64,000 nt of DNA, taken from NCBI GenBank assembly GCA_965203445.1, contig OZ241883.1:1056001-1120000 (forward strand). The letters are read 5' to 3'. The notes beneath the pieces were generated by a model. That model was given only the letters and a program-made list of their open reading frames with translations, searched no databases and was not told the DNA's origin. The position numbers and the translations under genes were made by a program. This document shows, piece after piece, positions 19,990 through 27,186 of the stretch; position 1 is the stretch's first letter, and each line of letters starts with the position of its first letter. The stretch is from Candidatus Oxydemutator sp. Its GTDB lineage: Bacteria; Pseudomonadota; Gammaproteobacteria; Poriferisulfidales; Oxydemutatoraceae.

Positions 19990-21216
19990 TCAGACGTTTT
20001 CGACGGGCAGGCGGGCGACGGCGAGCGTCGGTTTCAGCGCGTAGCCCTGGATCCTCCTCGAAAACTCCTGAAGTTTGTGCAAACCGGTCGCTTCGGCCTG
20101 GGTGCACCACTCGCGCAGCGAGCTGCACAAGTGGTGGTGGTCGCCGTGGTGTGTGCTCCACAGCTTGTGCAGCCTGTGGTTGAACTCGTGCACCTGTTTC
20201 AACCTCGGATTGTTCACCAGCACCCGTTTCAGGGTGGCACGGTCTTTCGCGCTGACGTGGCGCTCGTGGCGCAGCATCGCGCGCCTGGCTCTCAACAGCA
20301 GCTGGCGATGGGCGCCTTCGGCGACCGCCAGCTCGGCGCGTACGACCGGCACGACCACGGTCGCGGCGTATTCACGCATCACGTGAAGGCGGCCGTGGAA
20401 CAGCGCCGCGGCGGTTTTCAGATCGAGGGGGCCGTCGTGCGCCGAAGTGCGCTTCGGCATCGGCGCAAGACGCAACACCCGCGCCAAACCGAGTGCGCGC
20501 AACACGCGGATGTAGAGCCAGCCGACGTCGAACTCCCACCACTTGATCGAGAACTTCGCGGAACTCGGAAAGGCGTGATGGTTGTTGTGCATTTCCTCAC
20601 CGCCGATCAGGACGCCGACGTTGCAGAAGTTGGTCGAGTCGTCGTCGGTGGCGAAGTTGCGGTAACCGCCGAAATGCCCGATGCCGTTGACGACGCCGGC
20701 GGCGAAAAACGGTATCCACATCATCTGCAAGGCCCACAGGGCGATACCGAAAAAACCGAGCAGGACGTATTCCAGCACCAGTAGCACCGCGATGCCGATA
20801 CTCGGATGACGCGAGTAGAGGCGCTGCTCCAGCGCGTCGCCCGGCGTGCCGCGCCCGTAGTCCTCAAGCGTCGCCTCGTTGTACGCCTCGTTGCGGTAGA
20901 GGTCGGCACCGCGCAGCAGCACCGAGAGTATGCCCTTGAAGGCGGGGCTGTGCGGATCGTCGGCGGTCTCGCACTTGGCGTGGTGCTTGCGGTGTATCGC
21001 AACCCACTCTTTGGTGACCATGCCGGTCGTAAGCCACAGCCAGAAACGCATCACGTGGTTGACGGCGGGATGGAAATCCACGCTGCGATGCGCCTGCGAA
21101 CGATGCAAAAACAACGTTACACAGGCTATCGTCACATGCGACAACGAGAGCGCCAGGATCAGATAGCCCCACCACGGGAGTTGCACCAGCCCGTGTCCGG
21201 TCAGTAATTCAAGCAT
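19990..21216 (-). CDS. desA: DesA-family fatty acid (delta-9) desaturase
   Basis: His boxes HRSQAH, HRKHH, HNNHH; SAKFS.KWWEFD.GW; Pseudomonas-type C-terminal extension. Confidence 0.88.
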   Translation of the reverse strand: MLELLTGHGLVQLPWWGYLILALSLSHVTIACVTLFLHRSQAHRSVDFHPAVNHVMRFWLWLTTGMVTKEWVAIHRKHHAKCETADDPHSPAFKGILSVLLRGADLYRNEAYNEATLEDYGRGTPGDALEQRLYSRHPSIGIAVLLVLEYVLLGFFGIALWALQMMWIPFFAAGVVNGIGHFGGYRNFATDDDSTNFCNVGVLIGGEEMHNNHHAFPSSAKFSIKWWEFDVGWLYIRVLRALGLARVLRLAPMPKRTSAHDGPLDLKTAAALFHGRLHVMREYAATVVVPVVRAELAVAEGAHRQLLLRARRAMLRHERHVSAKDRATLKRVLVNNPRLKQVHEFNHRLHKLWSTHHGDHHHLCSSLREWCTQAEATGLHKLQEFSRRIQGYALKPTLAVARLPVENV

Positions 21217-21404
21217 AGCGCGCTACGATACCCCAAAAACGCCGCCAGTCAACCGACAATGTCTCCGGCCGCCCAGGCGTCGCTTATGCCAGATGTTTTT
21301 GAGCGGCAAAACGGGGCAAAAGCCGCGCCGGCGCGTGTATAATCCGGCAACGGGGTTTGCTTCATGCCGAACGCATTGTGCGAGCAAAACAAATGGAGGG
21401 ACTT

Positions 21405-21776
21405 GTGAACCAGGATAAAACACCAGTAAGCTTCCTGAAGACAAAGGAAACTATGGCAATAGCAGTGGCCGATCGCTATTGTGGGGATGAAAAATTCCGG
21501 AACCTGTTTGACCATGATCCGAAAGCGGCTTTCGCCCAGTATTTGGATATTGATCGTAAACATTGGCCGCCCGACATGGGGCTGGTAATACTGCGCAACG
21601 ATGACAAATGTATGCATATAGGAGTACCGGCGTCGCATACGGACGACAATGCGGAAATTTCCGATTCGGATCTGGACAATCTGTCGGGAGGTTCTGGCTA
21701 TGCCCTGTACTTCGCCCTATGGGGGAGACCCCCGACGGCGGCGGTAAACGATGGTTCGGGGTGGAGGTACATTTAG
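21405..21776 (+). CDS. NHLP (nitrile hydratase-like leader) / proteusin-type RiPP precursor
   Basis: Leader DEKFRNLFDHDPKAAF...PPDMGLVILRNDDKCMHIGVP...EISDSDLDNLSGG (double-glycine site) plus a 27-aa core. GGAGG RBS before GTG 21405 and TATAAT at 21338-21343. Confidence 0.8.
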   Translation: MNQDKTPVSFLKTKETMAIAVADRYCGDEKFRNLFDHDPKAAFAQYLDIDRKHWPPDMGLVILRNDDKCMHIGVPASHTDDNAEISDSDLDNLSGGSGYALYFALWGRPPTAAVNDGSGWRYI

Positions 21777-21944
21777 TGACATCGCAGACGTGATACGTCC
21801 AGTTCCTGATCGAGGAGCAACAACTATAAATACTACCCATGAAGGCACATGGAGCGATACGCTACTCGATAAGGCGATACTGAACACCGGCCGCTACAAA
21901 CTCGAACTATGCTTGGCATAGTCGTACATGGAAAGGAGTATCCG

Positions 21945-22307
21945 ATGCCCACAATAGAAATTACCCACGACAACTTTCAGCAGACGCTGCAAGACAACGA
22001 CGTCGTGGTGCTCGATTTTTGGGCCTCGTGGTGCGGGCCGTGTCGTTCGTTTGCGCCGGTGTTCGAGGCGGTTTCCGACAATCACGCGGACGTTGCGTTC
22101 GGCAAGGTCAACACCGAGGAGCAGCAGGATCTGGCCGCGGCCTACCGCATCCGTTCGATTCCGACGCTGATGCTGTTTCGTGAGCGCGTGGTGTTGTTTT
22201 CGCAGCCGGGTGCGTTGTCGGCGGCGCAGCTTGAGGATCTGGTTGCAAAGGCCCAGGCGCTCGACATGGACGAGGTGCGCGAGGAGATCAGGAAGCAGGC
22301 GGAATAG
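21945..22307 (+). CDS. Thioredoxin
   Basis: DFWASWCGPC, IRSIPTLM; AAGGAG RBS. Confidence 0.93.
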   Translation: MPTIEITHDNFQQTLQDNDVVVLDFWASWCGPCRSFAPVFEAVSDNHADVAFGKVNTEEQQDLAAAYRIRSIPTLMLFRERVVLFSQPGALSAAQLEDLVAKAQALDMDEVREEIRKQAE

Positions 22308-22328
22308 CGCCGCCCGCGGCCCGCGCCT

Positions 22329-23624
22329 CTACGCCGATTCCTGAGCCAGCCCCCGAAACGCGATCTCCGCCGCGTGCAGCGTATCGTCGACGTCGTCGCG
22401 GGTATGCGCGGCGGACACGAAGCCGGCCTCGAACGGCGACGGCGCGAGATAGATTCCTTGTTCGAGCATGCGCGTGAAGAAGCGCTTGAACTTTTCGTCG
22501 GCGCAGCGTTGAACCTGCTCGAACGAGACCACCGGCGCCTCGTCGGTGAAGAAGTAGCCGAACATCGCACCTTGCGCGTCACAGTAAAACGGCACGCCGG
22601 CGGCGGCGGCGCGCTCGCCCAAGCCGCGCGCCAGCGCGCTCGTCCTCTCGGCGATGGCATCGAACGTGCCGGGTTGCAGCAGCAGTTCGAGCGTTTTCAG
22701 GCCGGCGGCGGTCGCCACCGGGTTGCCGGACAGCGTGCCGGCCTGATAGACCGGGCCTTCGGGCGCCACGCGATCCATCACTTCGGCGCGCCCGCCGAAG
22801 GCGCCGACCGGCAGGCCGCCGCCGATGATTTTGCCGAACGTCGTCACATCGGGCGCAATCCCGTACATCGCCTGCGCGCCACCGGGCGCGACGCGAAAGC
22901 CGCTCATGACCTCGTCGAAAATCAGCAGGGCGCCGTGGGCGCGGCAGCATTCGCGCAGGGTTTGCAGAAACTCGCGCGCCCCCGGCACGAGGTTCATGTT
23001 GCCGGCGACCGGCTCGACGATGACGCAGGCGATTTTGTCGCCCTCCCGCGAAAACGTCTCGCGCACCTGGGCCGCGTCGTTGTAGCGCAGCACAATCGTT
23101 CGTTCGGCAAACGCCGCGGGCACGCCGGCAGAATCGGGAACGCCCGACGTCAGCGCGCCCGAACCGGCACCGACCAGCAGCGAGTCGGCGTGGCCGTGAT
23201 AGCAGCCCTCGAACTTGACGATGCGTTCGCGCCCGGTATAGCCGCGCGCCAGGCGAATCGCGCTCATCGTCGCCTCGGTGCCGGAGTTGACCAGGCGCAG
23301 CTTCTCGACCGACGGCACCGCCGCGCGGATTTTTTCGGCGAGCAGGGTCTCGGCCTCGGTCGGCGCGCCGAACCCAAGCCCGTTGCGCGCCGCCTCGCAC
23401 ACCGCCGCGACCACTTGCGGGTGGGCGTGGCCCATGATCATCGCCCCCCACGAACCGACGTAATCAATGTAGCCGCGCCCGTCGGCATCGAACAGACGCG
23501 CACCTTCGGCGCGGCGCATGAACGGCGGCGAACCGCCGACCGCGCCGAACGCGCGCACCGGCGAGTTGACGCCGCCGGGAATGGACAGGCAGGCGCGACG
23601 ATACAGTTGTCGTGACAGGTTCAT
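22329..23624 (-). CDS. hemL: Glutamate-1-semialdehyde 2,1-aminomutase
   Basis: [57 protein letters not shown]. Confidence 0.97.
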   Translation of the reverse strand: MNLSRQLYRRACLSIPGGVNSPVRAFGAVGGSPPFMRRAEGARLFDADGRGYIDYVGSWGAMIMGHAHPQVVAAVCEAARNGLGFGAPTEAETLLAEKIRAAVPSVEKLRLVNSGTEATMSAIRLARGYTGRERIVKFEGCYHGHADSLLVGAGSGALTSGVPDSAGVPAAFAERTIVLRYNDAAQVRETFSREGDKIACVIVEPVAGNMNLVPGAREFLQTLRECCRAHGALLIFDEVMSGFRVAPGGAQAMYGIAPDVTTFGKIIGGGLPVGAFGGRAEVMDRVAPEGPVYQAGTLSGNPVATAAGLKTLELLLQPGTFDAIAERTSALARGLGERAAAAGVPFYCDAQGAMFGYFFTDEAPVVSFEQVQRCADEKFKRFFTRMLEQGIYLAPSPFEAGFVSAAHTRDDVDDTLHAAEIAFRGLAQESA

Positions 23625-23741
23625 GCGGCGCAGCCGCGCAAAGTCAATCGTTTTCCGAAGTCGCGAGGTCCTGTTGCTTTTTGGCGTCTTTTCGACCGGT
23701 AATGAGGAGGGTGGCAAGGCCGATCAGTGGCACGGCGAAAA

Positions 23742-24230
23742 TCAAGCTGGCATAGCGGTTGCTTTGATTTGTCGTTGTCCTCCGACACGCCTGTTTTCGA
23801 TTGTCCGTGCTTCTTTTAAGAATGCCAGATAGAAATCCTCAAAAACATTGGCCCAGTCCGATTGTATGCCGTCGGCCGAGTCTGATTCCCAGTCAGCCGT
23901 TTGCATATCATGTTGAGAATCATATTGGGGATATGGGGGCATGAGACGAAATGAGGATATTATATTCCGCCAGGAGGACCTTTTCCCTTGCCATTGTCGC
24001 TGTCTCTTTTCTAAAAGCCGGGCCAATTCTTTGTCATAGATTTCCAGTGTCTTGGCGGCGTTGTCTTCCCGGTCGGGAGATGCAAAAAGATCCAACTGTT
24101 TGTCCACCATCAGCGTCTTGGCGTCTTTGATCTGGTTTGATTGCTCGACGTAGCGGACAAGCAATTCGGCGAGTTCGATATAGTTTTTTTCCATGATTCT
24201 CGCAAGAACCTCTTTTTCCGCGAGTCTCAT
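23742..24230 (-). CDS. Hypothetical protein, lower GC
   Basis: 162-aa ORF with AT-rich codons; upstream TGcTACAAT. No family recognised with confidence. Confidence 0.55.
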   Translation of the reverse strand: MRLAEKEVLARIMEKNYIELAELLVRYVEQSNQIKDAKTLMVDKQLDLFASPDREDNAAKTLEIYDKELARLLEKRQRQWQGKRSSWRNIISSFRLMPPYPQYDSQHDMQTADWESDSADGIQSDWANVFEDFYLAFLKEARTIENRRVGGQRQIKATAMPA

Positions 24231-24455
24231 TGCTCGCGGGTCGGGTTATTGTAGCACCGACGGCCACAACGCCAGGATCGGGAACATCGGTGCCCCCCGC
24301 CACTCGCCGTTCCTGGTTCGGTCGTCGTCCACCGGCGTCCGCGCGCAAGCGCCACGCGCAAGGGCTTGGTGTAGAATGCCAGGCACTGGAAGCGTCGCTT
24401 TTCAACGCCGCTAAGGCGCCGGTGACGTGGTCTCGACGGTCGCCTCCCGAACCCG

Positions 24456-25808
24456 ATGCTGATTCGTCTCAAGAAAGGTCTTGAAATTCCGATCCCCGGC
24501 GCGCCACAACAGCGTATCGAGGAAGCGCCGCCGGTGTCGCGCTTTGCATTGACGGCGCACGAGTACCGTGGTCTGTCGCCGAAGATGATGACCGAGGTCG
24601 GGGCCAAGGTGGCGCTCGGCCAGCCGCTGTTCGCACACAAGGCGCACCCCGAGATCCGCTACGTCGCGCCGGCGGCGGGCACCGTCGTCGCGATCAACCG
24701 CGGCGCGCGGCGCGTCCTGCAATCCATCGTCATCGAGGCCGAAGGCGACGAGCGCCGCGAGTTCGAGCCGCACCACGTCACCCGCGCGATGAGGCTAGAG
24801 CGCGACCAGATTGTCGAGCATCTGCTCGCGGGCGGTCTGTGGCCGGCGTTCAGAACGCGCCCGTACAGCAAGACACCGGTACCCGATGCCGTGCCGCAAG
24901 CCATCTTCGTCAATGCGATGGACACCGAACCGCTCGCCGCCGACCCGCAGGCCGTCATCGCCGTCGTGGCCGAGCATTTCAACCTCGGTCTGCATCTGAT
25001 CGAGAAGCTCACCGACGGCCCGGTGTACGTCTGCGTCGCCCGGGGGTCCGATATCGAGGCGGCGCCGGAAGAAGCGCAGGTGCATCGCGTTGAGTTCGGC
25101 GGCCCGCACCCCGCCGGCCTGGCCGGCACCCATATCCATCACCTAGACCCGGTGCACGGCGACAAGACCGTATGGACGATTCATTACCAGGACGCGATTG
25201 CGATTGGCGAGTTTTTCCTGACCGGAGTGTATCCGACCACGCGCGTCGTCGCGCTCGGCGGCCCCGCGGTGCGCGAACCGTGCCTGCTGCGCACGCGCCT
25301 GGGCGCCTCGATAGAGGAATTGTGCCGCGACCGCCTGAGGCCGGGGCAGGTTCGCCTGATCGCCGGTTCGCCGTTGTCCGGTTGCAAGGCGCAGGGCTGG
25401 TCGGCCTACGTCGGGCGCTTCCACTTGCAGATCGCGGCGTTGCTCGAGCATGGGGAAACTCCGTTTTTGGCGTGGATCCGCCCCGGCCTGCGCCTGTTTT
25501 CGATCAGCCGCGCGTTTCTGCCGGCGTGGTTGCGGCGCAACAAGCGGCTTGCGTTCAGCTGCATGCAAAACGGCAGCCCGCGCGCGATTGTGCCGATCGG
25601 CCTCTACGAGCGCGTGCTGCCGCTCGATTTGCCGGCGACGCAACTGCTGAAGGCGCTGGTGGTGATGGACACCGACGTGGCGCAGCAGCTCGGCTGTCTC
25701 GAACTCGACGAGGAAGATCTGGCGTTGTGCTCCTACGTGTGCCCGAGCAAGCACGAGTTCGGGCCGTTGCTGCGCGCGACCCTCGACAAGATCGAAAAGG
25801 AGGGCTGA
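24456..25808 (+). CDS. nqrA: Na+-translocating NADH:quinone reductase subunit A
   Basis: IRLKKGL.IPI.GAP.Q, FRTRPYSK, GPHPAGL.GTHIH, LGCLELDEEDLALCSYVCPSK. Confidence 0.96.
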   Translation: MLIRLKKGLEIPIPGAPQQRIEEAPPVSRFALTAHEYRGLSPKMMTEVGAKVALGQPLFAHKAHPEIRYVAPAAGTVVAINRGARRVLQSIVIEAEGDERREFEPHHVTRAMRLERDQIVEHLLAGGLWPAFRTRPYSKTPVPDAVPQAIFVNAMDTEPLAADPQAVIAVVAEHFNLGLHLIEKLTDGPVYVCVARGSDIEAAPEEAQVHRVEFGGPHPAGLAGTHIHHLDPVHGDKTVWTIHYQDAIAIGEFFLTGVYPTTRVVALGGPAVREPCLLRTRLGASIEELCRDRLRPGQVRLIAGSPLSGCKAQGWSAYVGRFHLQIAALLEHGETPFLAWIRPGLRLFSISRAFLPAWLRRNKRLAFSCMQNGSPRAIVPIGLYERVLPLDLPATQLLKALVVMDTDVAQQLGCLELDEEDLALCSYVCPSKHEFGPLLRATLDKIEKEG

Positions 25809-27019
25809 TGGCGCGGTTGCGGAACATGCTCAAGTCGAAGGCGCCGCTGTTCGAGCCGGGCGGGCGCTGGCAGCGGTGGTATCCGATCTACGAGATGGTG
25901 GACACCTTCCTCTATTGGACGCCCGCGACCACCGCGCGCGCGCCGCACATACGCGACGGCCTGGACATCAAGCGCGTCATGAGTTACGTCGTCGTCGCGA
26001 CGCTGCCGTGCGCCGTGATGTCGTGGTTCAACACCGGCTATCAGGCAAACGTCGCGCTCGCCGAGATGGGGTTGGCGTCGCTCGCCGGATGGCGCGGCGC
26101 GCTGACCGCGGCTTTCGGCGTCGGCCACGATCCGGCCAGCGTGCTCGCGTGCCTGTGGCTCGGCTTCGCCCACTTTCTGCCGGTCTACGTCGTGACGCTG
26201 CTGGCCGGCGGCTTGTGGGAGGTCGTGTTTGCGACGGTGCGCGGCCACGACGTCAACGAGGGCTTCTTCGTAACCTCGATATTGTTCACGCTGACGCTGC
26301 CGCCCGATATTCCGCTGTGGATGGTCGCGCTCGGCATCTCGTTCGGCGTCGTCATCGGCAAGGAGGTGTTCGGCGGCACCGGCAAGAATTTTCTGAACCC
26401 GGCGCTGACCGGGCGCGCCTTTTTGTTTTTCGCCTATCCCGCCTTTATGTCCGGCGACGAGGTGTGGGTCGCGGTCGACGGCTACAGCGGCGCGACGCCG
26501 CTCGCCGCGGCCGCCGTCGGCGGCATGGACGCCGTCGCGCGCGAGGGCTACACCTGGTGGCAGGCGTTCGTCGGCGTCATTCCGGGTTCGCTCGGCGAGA
26601 CTTCGACGCTCGCGTGCCTGCTCGGCGGCCTGTTTCTGGTGTACACGCGCATCGCGTCGTGGCGCATCATACTCGGCGTGCTCTTAGGCATGGTCTCGAC
26701 GTCGTTGTTGTTCAACTGGATCGGCGGCACCAACCCGATGCTCGCGACGCCGTGGTACTGGCACCTGGTGCTCGGCGGTTTCGCGTTCGGCACGGTGTAC
26801 ATGGCGACCGACCCGGTGTCCGCGGCCGCCACCGACGCCGGGCGCTGGATCTTCGGTTTTCTGATCGGCTTCATGACGGTGCTGATCCGCGCCGTCAACC
26901 CGGCTTTCCCGGAAGGCATCATGCTGGCGATCCTGTTCGCCAACGTCTTCGCGCCGACGATAGACCACTTCGTGGTGCGCGCCAACACCCGCAGAAGAAG
27001 GAAGCGCTACACCCGCTGA
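25808..27019 (+). CDS. nqrB: Na+-NQR subunit B
   Basis: VNEGFFVTS, KEVFGGTGKNFLNPAL, DGYSGATPL FMN site, MATDPVS; TGATG coupling to nqrA. Confidence 0.96.
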   Translation: MARLRNMLKSKAPLFEPGGRWQRWYPIYEMVDTFLYWTPATTARAPHIRDGLDIKRVMSYVVVATLPCAVMSWFNTGYQANVALAEMGLASLAGWRGALTAAFGVGHDPASVLACLWLGFAHFLPVYVVTLLAGGLWEVVFATVRGHDVNEGFFVTSILFTLTLPPDIPLWMVALGISFGVVIGKEVFGGTGKNFLNPALTGRAFLFFAYPAFMSGDEVWVAVDGYSGATPLAAAAVGGMDAVAREGYTWWQAFVGVIPGSLGETSTLACLLGGLFLVYTRIASWRIILGVLLGMVSTSLLFNWIGGTNPMLATPWYWHLVLGGFAFGTVYMATDPVSAAATDAGRWIFGFLIGFMTVLIRAVNPAFPEGIMLAILFANVFAPTIDHFVVRANTRRRRKRYTR

Positions 27020-27065
27020 CGGATTGGGGACGAAGCAGGGAAGCGGCGCCGCACGCAACAAAAAT

Positions 27066-27100
27066 CCCTCTCCCTTTGGGAGAAGGGCAGGGGTGGGGGC
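27066..27100. repeat. REP-like palindrome (CCCTCTCCC-TTT-GGGAGAAGGG..GGGGTGGGGG), copy A
   Basis: Hairpin of the ccctctccc-nnn-gggagaggg extragenic family; related copies at 37806 and 61143. Confidence 0.65.
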
Positions 27101-27186
27101 AGCGCCGTCCCTGCGACTGCGTCGGGCCGGGAACTTTCTTTGGTGGCGCCGGGGCCGAAGCAAAAAGAGGGAGAGACTATGCCGGC

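Noticed and set aside
18719-22307. MFP, desaturase and thioredoxin as part of a RiPP cluster with the NHLP gene
   Set aside because: They look like ordinary host-GC housekeeping genes. The MFP is RND-type with no C39 ABC transporter, and none is a known RiPP maturase.
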